From Bacteroidales bacterium (GTDB lineage: Bacteria; Bacteroidota; Bacteroidia; Bacteroidales; F082): 64,000 bases of DNA. Shown here piece after piece: positions 16,785 through 26,879 of the stretch (position 1 is the stretch's first letter; every line of letters begins with the position of its first letter). The stretch is from assembly GCA_017537965.1 (NCBI GenBank), contig JAFYJV010000021.1, positions 2,132-66,131 on the forward strand, written 5' to 3'. The notes below the pieces were generated by a model, which was given only the letters and a program-made list of their open reading frames with translations, ran no database searches and was not told the origin of the DNA. The translations under genes were made by a program, and so were the position numbers.

Positions 16785-18005
16785 TTACCTTCTAATCTTT
16801 CCCGGATATTCCTTCAAGGCTTCTTCAAGGCACTTGATGGCGGCCTTCAGGTCGTCGATGCAGAGGCAATAGGTGATACGAGCCTGATGGCGTCCCTTCT
16901 CTGGATCGACATAGAATCCCGTTGCAGGAGCCAGCATCACGGTAGCGCCGTTGTAGCTGAAATCGGTGAGCAACCACTGGCAGAACTTGTCGCTATCGTC
17001 CACCGGCAGGTCGATGACGGTGTAGAAAGCGCCCTTTGGCATCGGGCAGAAACAGCCCGGGATCTTGTTGATGCCCTCAACGATGACATTACGGCGGGTG
17101 ATGTATTCGTTATAAACTGCATCAAAGTATGATTGCGGGGTATCAACGGCAGCCTCGGCAAAGATCTGACCAAAGCTCGGTGGTGACAGACGGGCCTGAG
17201 CCAGACGCATGGCGATGGCATAGACCTCGCTGTTACGCGTCACCATGCAACCCACACGGGCACCGCAGGCGCTGTAACGCTTCGAGACGGAGTCGAAGAG
17301 GATGGTGTTGCGTTCCAATCCCTCAAGCTGCATCACGCTGAAGTGCTTGTGACCGTCGTAGCAGAATTCGCGATACACCTCGTCGGCAAAGAGATACAAG
17401 TCGTATTTCTTGACCAAACCAGCCACCTTGAGCAACTCCTCTTGGGTGTAAAGATAACCCGTCGGGTTGTTTGGGTTGCAGATCATGATGGCTCTGGTGC
17501 GCGGTGTGATGGCCTTTTCGAAATCCTCAATGGGAGGAAGGGCAAATCCCGTCTTTATGTCGCTCGGGATGGTGACGATCTTGGCATCGCACAGCTTGGC
17601 GAAGGTATTGTAATTGGTATAGTAAGGTTCTGGGATAATGATCTCATCGCCTGGGTTGAGGCACACGGTGAAGGCCATCTGAAGGGCTTCGCTGCCGCCA
17701 GTGGTGACGATGATCTGGTTCGGCGTGACATCGATGCCGTGACGGTGATAGTAGTTACATAGCGCGCGACGATAGCTGGGGATACCGGCAGAGTGGCTGT
17801 ACTCCAACACGCCGTGGCTGTTGGCCATCTTGGCAGCAGTCTCAGCCATCGACTTCAAGGCACCGCTAGGAGTCTCAATGTCTGGTTGACCGATGTTCAA
17901 GTGATACACATGGACGCCACGTTCCTTGGCGGCGTCAGCAAACGGAACGAGCTTCCGAATCGCCGATTGCGGAAGCTCTAAACCTTTTTTCGAAATCTGT
18001 GGCAT
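16785..18005 (-). CDS. Pyridoxal-phosphate-dependent aminotransferase, class I/II
   Basis: Full-length similarity pattern to aspartate/aromatic aminotransferases. SVSKRYSACGARVG holds the PLP lysine. Confidence 0.85.
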   Translation of the reverse strand: MPQISKKGLELPQSAIRKLVPFADAAKERGVHVYHLNIGQPDIETPSGALKSMAETAAKMANSHGVLEYSHSAGIPSYRRALCNYYHRHGIDVTPNQIIVTTGGSEALQMAFTVCLNPGDEIIIPEPYYTNYNTFAKLCDAKIVTIPSDIKTGFALPPIEDFEKAITPRTRAIMICNPNNPTGYLYTQEELLKVAGLVKKYDLYLFADEVYREFCYDGHKHFSVMQLEGLERNTILFDSVSKRYSACGARVGCMVTRNSEVYAIAMRLAQARLSPPSFGQIFAEAAVDTPQSYFDAVYNEYITRRNVIVEGINKIPGCFCPMPKGAFYTVIDLPVDDSDKFCQWLLTDFSYNGATVMLAPATGFYVDPEKGRHQARITYCLCIDDLKAAIKCLEEALKEYPGKIRR

Positions 18006-18029
18006 TGTTTATTGAGTTGTTAGTTTGTT

Positions 18030-18057
18030 GTCTTCTGTCTTCAGACTTCCGACTTCT
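18030..18057. repeat. Heptamer tract (minus sense AGAAGTC GGAAGTC TGAAGAC AGAAGAC)
   Basis: Four 7-nt units directly after the stop of the DUF1573 gene. Confidence 0.7.
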
Positions 18058-18509
18058 CATTTATTGACGGGGCTTCCTGCACCGGCTTCTTTTTCCGGCA
18101 ATGCCTCCTTGGGCTGTTCAAGCACCTTGCCTTTGATTCGCAGCACCACTGTAGAGTTGGTATTGGCATTGGAAGTCACAGTGACGGACTTGTTGATGTT
18201 ACCCACACGAGTGGTTTTGTAAGTCACTTTAATCACATCCGATTCACCGGGAAGGATGGGTTCCTTCGGCCATGAAGGAACGGTGCAGCCACAGCTCGAC
18301 TTGGGCTTCTGGATGATCAAGGGTTCGTTTCCGGTGTTGGTAAACTGAAATTCACATTCACCGTTGCCATTGTAAGGGATCTCTCCATAGTCGTGGACCA
18401 ATTTGGCAAATTCGATTTCAGGACCGTTTTGGCTGGATTTTGCGTCTTGAGCGCTGGCAATTCCTGTGAACATCGCAAGGATGCCGATCAATAATACAAG
18501 CTTCTTCAT
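18057..18509 (-). CDS. DUF1573 domain protein (secreted)
   Basis: Signal peptide and the FxFxNTGxxPL...CGCT motif typical of DUF1573. Confidence 0.8.
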   Translation of the reverse strand: MKKLVLLIGILAMFTGIASAQDAKSSQNGPEIEFAKLVHDYGEIPYNGNGECEFQFTNTGNEPLIIQKPKSSCGCTVPSWPKEPILPGESDVIKVTYKTTRVGNINKSVTVTSNANTNSTVVLRIKGKVLEQPKEALPEKEAGAGSPVNK

Positions 18510-18637
18510 TTTATTCTATCAGTTTAAATGATCTGCAAAAATAGAAATAATTCTTTAATTTGTCACAAAAACTTGAAAAGTTCAAAAACCATACCAAATT
18601 TTTTCCAAAAAAGACTTGCAGGAAAGAAAAAATGTAG

Positions 18638-18645
18638 TACTTTTG
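18638..18645 (+). promoter_or_regulatory. Candidate -7 box (TACTTTTG) for tRNA-Met
   Basis: TAnnTTTG lies 14 nt before the tRNA 5' end. Confidence 0.5.
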
Positions 18646-18658
18646 CGGCTCGAAACAT

Positions 18659-18732
18659 GGCGGGATAGCTCAGCAGGTTAGAGCGTCGGATTCATAACCC
18701 GGAGGTCATGAGTTCAATTCTCATTCCCGCTA
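18659..18732 (+). tRNA. tRNA with CAU anticodon (Met, or Ile2 if lysidine-modified)
   Basis: Manual cloverleaf: GGCGGGA acceptor, GCTC/GAGC D-stem, anticodon loop TTCATAA, T-arm ATGAG-TTCAATT-CTCAT. No CCA is encoded. Confidence 0.85.
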
Positions 18733-18742
18733 CTGAATGATA

Positions 18743-18772
18743 ATAAGGCTGAAAATCAGCCTTATTTTTTTT
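18743..18772 (+). terminator. Rho-independent terminator after the tRNA
   Basis: ATAAGGCTGA-AAA-TCAGCCTTAT followed by T8. Confidence 0.75.
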
Positions 18773-18904
18773 GTCTATACTAAATCTAACTTATTAGTTT
18801 ACAATATTTTAAACAAGAATACTCTTTTCATGATATGAGTTAGATTTTCTTTGGGCCGAAATCGTTTTTATATAAATTTGCCATCGTACTAAACCCAACA
18901 CACT

Positions 18905-20311
18905 ATGAAAAAATTAAAGTATGCAGTAATACTCCTGCTTGGTTTGAGTATGGTGATGATCATGACTTCCTGCAACAAGGAGGAAGATGTAAGTAGTTAC
19001 AAAGACAAAATTGTTGGTGAATGGCAGATGACAAAAGAATACTATTGCCGGTACGACCCAACAGGGGCTATTGATGATGAGAGTGAATACTATGTTCCTA
19101 ATGACGAAGAAATGGGAAAATGGAAGTTCTTTTCTGAAGGTATGGTTAGAATGAGTAATGACTGGTGGCATAAATCTAATTCTGAGTTATCTGAGTTTTA
19201 TAATGTGCCTTATATTATCGATGAAAGCACTCTATACATCGGTGATGGTTCAGATGAATTCACATATACCATCAAGGAATTGACAAATTCAACAATGGTT
19301 TTGGAACAAGAGTATTATTATTCAGATGGTTCCAGAAGTGTTGGGAGATATGAATTCAAGAAAGGGTGGAGTAATAATGGCTATGCGATAAATGTTTATA
19401 AGAGCCCCGATAAATGCGGCAGCGTAACAGGAAATGGCTTCTATCAACAAGGGGAAACTTGCACATTGAAAGCCGTAGCTAACAATGGCTACACTTTCCT
19501 CAAATGGACAGAAAACGGAATAACTGTTTCCACTGACGCCAGCTATTCCTTTACTGTTTCTTCCGACCGAATATTAACGGCAGTCTTCGACGGTGGTGAC
19601 TCTACTCCATCAATTTCAGTTTATCAAGCAGACGGTTGTATTAACGATGGAGATGTGATTAATCTTTACGAATCATATCAGTTTGGTTTCGTGGTTAGTC
19701 TTCAATATGCATGGTTGTCTTCTTTGGAAATTCGAATCGATGATGTAGAATATGATTATGTGGAGTTAGATGATTGGGTGAACTGGGCTGGTACTTATAC
19801 TTATCGAGGAAACGTGGAATATAACACTATTGAAGGCTTGTTTGAACATGAAATAACTGCTGTTGTAACAGATGAGGAGGGCAGAACAAATTCAGCTTCT
19901 ATTCATTTTTATCTCAACCAAGAGTCTCCTCTCCACGTTACCGGTTTTATGTGGTATCGTACTCAAACTGGCCATGGAGTCGGACTTGAGAAGTATGGCC
20001 TCGATTGGCCGGAAAACCACAATGGTAAAGCCAAAATCAAACCCCTTGACGGTGTAACTCTATACAGGTTCAATAGTTCCGCATGGGATGCCACCAACAC
20101 ATACAATGGGAAACTTGTACTATTCGCCAACGATGGTCAAATAATAGATGAATACAACAACGTTTCTACATGGGACAATGCCACATACGATGACGTAATT
20201 GGCACAAAAATGCCCGACGGAACGCTCCACCTAATACATGTGACAGCGTTCACGATTGAAACTATTTCGTACGGGTCTCGAATTTATTATATTGACGGAG
20301 AATCAAAATAA
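18905..20311 (+). CDS. Lipoprotein with lipocalin-like N-domain and InlB B-repeat-like segment
   Basis: Lipobox LGLSMVMIMTSC. GSVTGNGFYQQGETCTLKAVANNGYTFLKWTENG resembles the Listeria-Bacteroides repeat. AT-rich gene. Confidence 0.75.
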   Translation: MKKLKYAVILLLGLSMVMIMTSCNKEEDVSSYKDKIVGEWQMTKEYYCRYDPTGAIDDESEYYVPNDEEMGKWKFFSEGMVRMSNDWWHKSNSELSEFYNVPYIIDESTLYIGDGSDEFTYTIKELTNSTMVLEQEYYYSDGSRSVGRYEFKKGWSNNGYAINVYKSPDKCGSVTGNGFYQQGETCTLKAVANNGYTFLKWTENGITVSTDASYSFTVSSDRILTAVFDGGDSTPSISVYQADGCINDGDVINLYESYQFGFVVSLQYAWLSSLEIRIDDVEYDYVELDDWVNWAGTYTYRGNVEYNTIEGLFEHEITAVVTDEEGRTNSASIHFYLNQESPLHVTGFMWYRTQTGHGVGLEKYGLDWPENHNGKAKIKPLDGVTLYRFNSSAWDATNTYNGKLVLFANDGQIIDEYNNVSTWDNATYDDVIGTKMPDGTLHLIHVTAFTIETISYGSRIYYIDGESK

Positions 20312-20338
20312 GGCACCTCTCATCTCTCGGTAATAATC

Positions 20339-21988
20339 TCAAATGAACTCTCGGATCATCGAGGTCTGCGGGATCTCCTTATCCGGCACCGGTGTGAAAT
20401 AATGGATGAACTTCTGAAGACGTCTGGCTTCGGCATAGGCACGGCAGTTCTTCGGCACCGTGGCGAGGATGACTTCAGCGTGGTTGCGCATCACGGCAAA
20501 CTCCAACAGGTACGATGAGTTGAACATCATGTCGGCGTTCTCCTGATACGGATAGATCCACTTCTCCTCCGCCTCGATCACGTTGGGCCACTGATCGATG
20601 GTTTGGCGTGCCGTGAACGCACCTTTATTATAATCGCGCACGATTCGGCGGAGCAAACGGTTGTCGTATGTCGGGATGATGTTGTGGTCGTCGAGTGAAG
20701 TGCTGGTCAAGGTATTGATGAAGATCTTGAACTTCAGCGTCTCTGGAATATGGTTCGAGAGCATTGGGTTCAAGGCATGGATGCCTTCCAACAGCACCAC
20801 GGTATTGGAATCGAGATGCAGTTTCTTACCGTTGTATTCCTGCCTTCCCGTCACGAAGTTGAACTCGGGGATATCCACCGTCTCACCATTGAGCAGCCGA
20901 AGCAGATCGTGTTGCAACTCCTCGTGCTTCACGGCCTCAAAGTTATCGAAGTCATACGAGCCATTGGGCAACTTGGGGGTATCTTCCCTATTGACGAAAT
21001 AATCATCGGTCGAGAACGACAACGGTCTGAGTCCACAAGCCATCAGCTGCACACTGAGTCGCTTGCAGAAAGTGGTCTTGCCACTGCTGCTCGGTCCTGT
21101 GATCAGCACCAAACGCACCCCGTTCTCCCCTTGGAAACGACGGTCAATCTCCTCTGCAATCTGAACGATCTTTTTCTCCTGAAGGGCTTCCGACACACGG
21201 ATCAACTCGCTGGCATGACCATCCAGGCATGCCTTGTTCACATCACCCACGTTATTGAGCCCCATGATGATGTTCCACTTCAAGTTCTCGTTGAACATCT
21301 CAAAGGTCTTGGGCTGTGGTATGCAAGGCGCCAATTGGTTGGGGTTGTGTCTGTCAGGCAGTCGCAACAACAGGCCTTCGTAATAACGTTCCAGTCCCCA
21401 CACCTTAATATAACCTGCAGAAGGCAACAGTCGTCCATAGTAATAATCGGCTGTGTCTCCCAGCGTGTAATAATCCATATAGACCTGCCCGCTCGACTCG
21501 ATGAGCTTGACTTTGTCGTCGAAACCACGTTCACGGAAGATACGCACCGCCTCCTCTGTCTGCACTTCATGGCGATGGAACGGGATGTCCTTGTTGATGA
21601 TCTCTTGCATCCGCTGGCGGATCTGTTCGATGTCATCATCCGTCACCTGCGACTCATCGGCCTTGTGAAGGTTGCAATAATAGCCATTGGAGATGGGATT
21701 CTCCATATAGATTTTCGATCCGGGGAAGACATCCCTCGCAGCCTTGCCGAGGACAAAACATAATGAGCGGAAATACACTCGGGCACCAGCAGCATCGCGG
21801 ACATCCACAAACTCCACATCGCGGTTGTTATACACGCGGAACTTCAATCCCTGCGATACGTTGTTTACCCTCGCCGACACGATCTCGTACGGCTGTTCAA
21901 AAACGAATTCGGGAAGCATCTCCTGCAAGGTGGTCCCTTCGGGGAAACTCTTGGTGGTCTTGGTGTTGCGGCAATAGATTTGTAACAT
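20339..21988 (-). CDS. Uridine kinase/PRK-family P-loop kinase with TGS-like N-domain
   Basis: GPSSSGKTTFCKRL Walker A and STDDYF. Start at MLQIYCRN (21988). Confidence 0.7.
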   Translation of the reverse strand: MLQIYCRNTKTTKSFPEGTTLQEMLPEFVFEQPYEIVSARVNNVSQGLKFRVYNNRDVEFVDVRDAAGARVYFRSLCFVLGKAARDVFPGSKIYMENPISNGYYCNLHKADESQVTDDDIEQIRQRMQEIINKDIPFHRHEVQTEEAVRIFRERGFDDKVKLIESSGQVYMDYYTLGDTADYYYGRLLPSAGYIKVWGLERYYEGLLLRLPDRHNPNQLAPCIPQPKTFEMFNENLKWNIIMGLNNVGDVNKACLDGHASELIRVSEALQEKKIVQIAEEIDRRFQGENGVRLVLITGPSSSGKTTFCKRLSVQLMACGLRPLSFSTDDYFVNREDTPKLPNGSYDFDNFEAVKHEELQHDLLRLLNGETVDIPEFNFVTGRQEYNGKKLHLDSNTVVLLEGIHALNPMLSNHIPETLKFKIFINTLTSTSLDDHNIIPTYDNRLLRRIVRDYNKGAFTARQTIDQWPNVIEAEEKWIYPYQENADMMFNSSYLLEFAVMRNHAEVILATVPKNCRAYAEARRLQKFIHYFTPVPDKEIPQTSMIREFI

Positions 21989-22015
21989 GATCGATTCTAT
22001 GTGATTATTACAATG

Positions 22016-22023
22016 CAAAAATA
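22016..22023 (-). promoter_or_regulatory. Candidate -7 box (TATTTTTG)
   Basis: Plus-strand CAAAAATA lies 28 nt upstream of the ATG at 21988. Confidence 0.45.
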
Positions 22024-22070
22024 ACATAAAAATTCCTAATTTTACAGCCACATTCCAAAATCAATCAAAC

Positions 22071-24170
22071 ATGAGAAAAAATAAACTATTTCTGTTAGCT
22101 ATGATCACTTGTTCAATTGTATCATGCAACACGCAAAAGCCCGAGACCGAGCCGAAAGACAAAGACAAGATCGGTCCCAAAGAGCTCACCCTTCAATCCG
22201 ATGTCATGACGCCCGAAGTGCTATGGAACATGGGCCGCATCGGTGAGTACAGCCTCTCCCCCGACCATTCACAGGTTGTCTATAACGTCACTTGGTACAG
22301 CGTGGAAGAGAACCGCAGCGGCTCCACCTTGTATATTATGAATGCCGACGGCAGCAACAACCGCGTGCTTTCCGACGCCAACCAAAGCGAATACAGCCCG
22401 CAATGGCGGCCCGACGGCAAGAAGATCGGCTTCCTTGCCCCCAACGACGATGGCGTGATGCAGCTCTTCGAGATTAACCCCGATGGCACAGGGAGAGCCC
22501 GCGTCTCCAACGAAGCCGACGACATCAACGGTTTCCTCTACTCGCCTGACTGCAGCCAAGTGCTGTTCACAAAAGAAGTGAAACTGAAAGAGACCGTGGC
22601 CGACATCTACCCAGACCTGCCGCTCTCCTCGGGACGCATCAATAACGACCTGATGTACCGCCACTGGGACCAATGGGTGGACACCTACGGCCACATCTTC
22701 GTGGGCAACTTCAGCAGCGGCAAGATCGAGAATGCCTTCGACGCCATGAAGGACGAACAATGGGAAGCTCCCGTGCGTCCCTTCGGCGGCATGGAGCAAG
22801 TGCAGTGGCTGCCCGACGGCAAGAGCTTTGTGTATTGCTGCCGCAAGAAGGTCGGAAAGGACTATGCCATATCCACCAACACCGACATCTACCAATACAT
22901 CATCCAAAGCGGCGAGTGCAAGAACCTCACCGAAGGCATGATGGGCTACGACCTCAACCCCGTCATCTCACCCGACGGCAAATACATTGCTTGGGAGAGT
23001 ATGGAACGCGAAGGCTATGAGAGCGACAAACAGCGTCTCTTCGTGATGAATCTCGAGACTGGAGAAAAGATTGACTATTCCGCCAAGTTCGACCAGTGCT
23101 GCACTGGCTTCAGCTGGGCAGATGACAGCAAGACCTTATTCTTCATCAGCGATGCCTACGCTACCGACCAACTCTATGCCCTTAGTCTTGAAAACGGCAA
23201 GATCACCAAGCTGACGGAAGGCAAACACAACTACGTCTCCGTGCAGTTCAACGGCGACAAGCTGATCGCCGGCCGTCAGTCGATGAGCCACCCAACTGAG
23301 TTGTTCACTGTTAACCCCACCACCGGCGAAGCCGCTCAGATCACCCATGTCAACGACAACATCTTTGCCCAACTCACCATGGGTGAAGTCGAAGAACGCT
23401 GGGTGAAGACTACTGATGGCAAGAACATGCTCACCTGGATCATCTACCCACCCCACTTCGACCCCAACAAGCAATACCCTGCCCTGCTCTATTGCGAAGG
23501 CGGGCCACAGAGCACCGTAAGCCAGTTCTGGTCGTACCGTTGGAACTTCCAGATGATGGCTGCCAACGACTACATCGTCGTCGCTCCCAACCGTCGCGGA
23601 CTGCCAGGCTTTGGTCAGGAATGGCTTGAGGAGATTAGCGGCGACTATGGCGGACAATGCATGAAAGACTATCTCAGCGCTATTGATGAGTTAAAGAAAG
23701 AACCTTACATTGATGAGAACCGCCTCGGCGCCGTAGGTGCCAGCTTCGGTGGCTTTAGCGTATATTGGCTGGCTGGCCATCACGACGGTCGTTTCAAGGC
23801 TTTGATTGCTCACGACGGCATGTTCAACTTGGAGGCGCAGTATCTCGAAACTGAGGAGATGTGGTTCGTAAACTGGGATCTTGGCGGACCTTATTGGGAT
23901 TGGAACAACCCGACCGTCCGCAAGACCTACGCCAACTCTCCCCATCTCTTTGTCGATAAGTGGACTGCGCCTATCCTTGTCATCCATGGAGGCCTCGACT
24001 ACCGTATCTGCTTTACGCAAGGCATGCAGGCATACAATGCCGCCATCCTGCGCGGCCTCGATGCTGAATTCCTCTACTTCCCCGATGAGAACCACTGGGT
24101 GCTGAAGCCACAGAACGGCGTGCTGTGGCAACGGAGATTCTATAATTGGCTGGACAAATATCTGAAATGA
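22071..24170 (+). CDS. S9 family serine peptidase (beta-propeller plus alpha/beta hydrolase)
   Basis: PD40-like N-terminal repeats. The C-terminal part has a GASFGG nucleophile elbow and a conserved D/H region. Confidence 0.85.
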   Translation: MRKNKLFLLAMITCSIVSCNTQKPETEPKDKDKIGPKELTLQSDVMTPEVLWNMGRIGEYSLSPDHSQVVYNVTWYSVEENRSGSTLYIMNADGSNNRVLSDANQSEYSPQWRPDGKKIGFLAPNDDGVMQLFEINPDGTGRARVSNEADDINGFLYSPDCSQVLFTKEVKLKETVADIYPDLPLSSGRINNDLMYRHWDQWVDTYGHIFVGNFSSGKIENAFDAMKDEQWEAPVRPFGGMEQVQWLPDGKSFVYCCRKKVGKDYAISTNTDIYQYIIQSGECKNLTEGMMGYDLNPVISPDGKYIAWESMEREGYESDKQRLFVMNLETGEKIDYSAKFDQCCTGFSWADDSKTLFFISDAYATDQLYALSLENGKITKLTEGKHNYVSVQFNGDKLIAGRQSMSHPTELFTVNPTTGEAAQITHVNDNIFAQLTMGEVEERWVKTTDGKNMLTWIIYPPHFDPNKQYPALLYCEGGPQSTVSQFWSYRWNFQMMAANDYIVVAPNRRGLPGFGQEWLEEISGDYGGQCMKDYLSAIDELKKEPYIDENRLGAVGASFGGFSVYWLAGHHDGRFKALIAHDGMFNLEAQYLETEEMWFVNWDLGGPYWDWNNPTVRKTYANSPHLFVDKWTAPILVIHGGLDYRICFTQGMQAYNAAILRGLDAEFLYFPDENHWVLKPQNGVLWQRRFYNWLDKYLK

Positions 24171-24212
24171 TAGAATCTAGAAGTCAGTAGTTAGAATTCA
24201 GAAGTTCGAAGA
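24171..24212. repeat. Heptamer tract (TAGAATC TAGAAGT CAGTAGT TAGAATT CAGAAGT TCGAAGA)
   Basis: Six 7-nt units start immediately after the TGA of the S9 peptidase gene. Confidence 0.7.
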
Positions 24213-24213
24213 C

Positions 24214-24254
24214 AAAAAGTGAGCGGCCATATTGATATGGCCGCTCACTTTTTT
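24214..24254. terminator. Bidirectional terminator
   Basis: AAAAGTGAGCGGCCAT-ATTGAT-ATGGCCGCTCACTTTT lies between convergent genes. Confidence 0.8.
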
Positions 24255-24272
24255 GAACGATGTCAAGAATAC

Positions 24273-25889
24273 TTACTCCTTAACAACAAGTTTGTTGGCA
24301 GTTCCGAAAACGCTTTCCACAGCAACGGTATAGACACCTGCGCTGAGGCCGCCCATATTCAGTTCTACATTGCTGTTGTTATTGCAATCCTCAACGAGGA
24401 CCATCTGACCCAAGGCGTTATAGATCTTCACCGTGAGGAGAGCTTCACCATTAATGGTAAGTTTGTCCTTCGCGGGGTTCGGGTACAGGCTCAGCGTGTT
24501 CAAGAACGATTCAAGGCCAGTGTTGCGGAAGTGGAGCGTCATCGGATTGCTCAATGAGCCAATAACGGCATCGGCGGTGTAGTTGATGTACTCTGCAGCT
24601 GTGCCGAACATGGAATCTGAATTCACATCGTAGAGTTGGAAGTTCACCTTTTCACCCTCATCGCCGCTCACTGAGAGGAAGGCAACATAACGGCCATCAA
24701 CATTTTGAAGACGTGCACTGCCACGGCATTCGCCATTGACAAAAGCACCAATCTCATGGCTACCCTCTCTCATGCCGAATTCGTTCTCGTCAAGAGTCAC
24801 CATCACACAGAGGGTTGTGGGGAAAGCGTTGTGGTTGGCATTCCAATACTTTGGCAACGGGGTGTAGTCCACCACCTCTTTTGAAGAGCTCGGATAGGTA
24901 AATGTAATCGGATCATTGCCTTTATTGAGGTAAAGATAGCCTTTGCCACTTACCATATTGGAGAGGTTGCCATTCCAGCCGTTAGAATAGGTCAAAAAAC
25001 CATCATCAATGTTCTTGATAATGTCTCCTACATTGGGGGTGGTGATTTGCGATAATGCTGTAGCCACTGTCATGTCATTCTGGGAGACGAAGCCTATCCA
25101 GTTCCAGCCAGGAATCAAAGTGATTGGATGGTTAGTTGGGTTGGCAGGATCGCCAGTCAGCGTCACGCTGCCTCCATTAGACTTGATAAGATACATCTGC
25201 TCATTTTGGAGACTGGCTAATGACCCGCTCCAGCTACCATTCGACAAGGTAAGATAACCATCATCCAATGACTTGATCATAGGTGAGGTGGTGGAGGAAG
25301 TGTTAAGAGCAGCAACGCCATCTTTCAATTGACCAAAAACATCATCACTTCCCTCTATAGAGGTTGAGAACCAATTCCAGCCATCAGACAACACAATCGT
25401 TTGAGTCGTAGAGACCGAAGAGGAAACGAAGCTGATGACAGGCGTGGTTTCTTCATCCCAGTCATATACGTCAAAATTATCTTCTCCTGTTAGGCATGGG
25501 ATATTGAGAGTTCCATATCCATAATCAATACCATTAAAATGGTCGTACAACTTGAATGATATCGAGAGGCCCAATTCATTATCCATGTGAAATACGGAAA
25601 ACAATGCCATCGGGTACTGTTCTCCATCATCCCATAAGCCGTCATGACCCCTACATACTTCATTGTCATCAAACGCAGCGAGTTCCAAATATTGCCAATG
25701 GTCATAATCATAAGTTACAATTTCGCCGTTAATTGTAATTATGGCACCAAAAAAAGTATTAGTCTCATATGGACCCTCATTAAAATCAGACCAATGACTA
25801 CTTTCAATAAGATCGTACAAAGGCGCTTGAGCGATACTTGATCCACACATTGCAAGTAATGCAATTAAAATTAGTAATGATTTACGCAT
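24273..25889 (-). CDS. Secreted protein with T9SS C-terminal sorting domain
   Basis: Signal peptide. The C-terminal LYPNPAKDKLTING...VKIYNALGQMV...GVYTV matches the Por secretion tail. Confidence 0.8.
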   Translation of the reverse strand: MRKSLLILIALLAMCGSSIAQAPLYDLIESSHWSDFNEGPYETNTFFGAIITINGEIVTYDYDHWQYLELAAFDDNEVCRGHDGLWDDGEQYPMALFSVFHMDNELGLSISFKLYDHFNGIDYGYGTLNIPCLTGEDNFDVYDWDEETTPVISFVSSSVSTTQTIVLSDGWNWFSTSIEGSDDVFGQLKDGVAALNTSSTTSPMIKSLDDGYLTLSNGSWSGSLASLQNEQMYLIKSNGGSVTLTGDPANPTNHPITLIPGWNWIGFVSQNDMTVATALSQITTPNVGDIIKNIDDGFLTYSNGWNGNLSNMVSGKGYLYLNKGNDPITFTYPSSSKEVVDYTPLPKYWNANHNAFPTTLCVMVTLDENEFGMREGSHEIGAFVNGECRGSARLQNVDGRYVAFLSVSGDEGEKVNFQLYDVNSDSMFGTAAEYINYTADAVIGSLSNPMTLHFRNTGLESFLNTLSLYPNPAKDKLTINGEALLTVKIYNALGQMVLVEDCNNNSNVELNMGGLSAGVYTVAVESVFGTANKLVVKE

Positions 25890-25989
25890 AAGATATAAGT
25901 TTTAATGATTATTAATTGATTTCAAAACATAGTCTGTGTTATTAAGCGTCAAAATTAAGAAAAGTCATTCTGATATTATTCACCTTTAC

Positions 25990-26044
25990 AAAAAAAAAGC
26001 ATTAAAAGTTATCAACAAAAATTAACAAGCTGTTGATAACTTTT
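25990..26044 (-). terminator. Terminator of rlmB
   Basis: 14-bp stem AAAAGTTATCAACA/TGTTGATAACTTTT followed by a T-run on the minus strand. Confidence 0.65.
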
Positions 26045-26791
26045 TTAAGCCATCCGTTGCCGGACTACTTCAAAGCATGCGATACCCGTTGCCACTGAGA
26101 CATTAAGCGAGTCGATTTCACCCGGCATGGGGATCTTCAGATGCTGGTCAAGACGCTTGATTAATGCTTCGCTGATGCCATCTTCCTCAGAGCCCATCAT
26201 CAAACATAGGGGTCCTTTGAGATCGGCTTCCCAAAGGCTAAGTCTCGCCTTCTCAGTAAAACCCACCACACGCAAGCCACTTGCCTGAATGAAATCGACG
26301 GCATCCTTGAGGTTCTCTACACGGCACACGTTGATATGCGAGAGGGCACCGGCAGAGGTCTTCATGGCGTCGCCATTGACCAAGGCTGAGCCTTTCGACG
26401 GAACAACAATAGCATCGACACCGGCAGCATACGCCGTTCGTGCAATGGCACCGAAGTTGCGCACGTCGGTGACCCGATCAAGCATCAGCACAAAAGGATC
26501 TCTCCCCTGCTCATATAAAAAAGGTATCACCTTTTCAAGCGGCTGGTATTCGATGGGACAAACAAAAGCGACCACCCCTTGATGATTCTTCCTTGTGAGC
26601 CGGTTCAGCTTCTCCAAAGGCACATACTGCACAGGAACACCATTAGCCCTGCAATGATTGGCGATCTCCACGATCTCTGGCGATCGGCTACCGGCTTGGA
26701 TAAACACCTTCTCGATCTCCTTCTTCGAACGAATCAGCTCCAGCACAGGATGGACGCCGAAAACCATGTCATTTCTATAATTTGAATCCAT
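26045..26791 (-). CDS. rlmB: 23S rRNA 2'-O-methyltransferase, SpoU/TrmH family (RlmB-like)
   Basis: SpoU substrate-binding N-domain plus the TrmH methylase motifs LMMGSEEDGIS and IPMxGxIDSLNVSVA. Confidence 0.8.
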   Translation of the reverse strand: MDSNYRNDMVFGVHPVLELIRSKKEIEKVFIQAGSRSPEIVEIANHCRANGVPVQYVPLEKLNRLTRKNHQGVVAFVCPIEYQPLEKVIPFLYEQGRDPFVLMLDRVTDVRNFGAIARTAYAAGVDAIVVPSKGSALVNGDAMKTSAGALSHINVCRVENLKDAVDFIQASGLRVVGFTEKARLSLWEADLKGPLCLMMGSEEDGISEALIKRLDQHLKIPMPGEIDSLNVSVATGIACFEVVRQRMA

Positions 26792-26879
26792 AACGATTGT
26801 ATTTATTGCAAAAGTAAAAAGAAAAATCGTATCTTAGCAACGGAAAAACAATTTAATAACAGTTTTTAAAACATTGATT

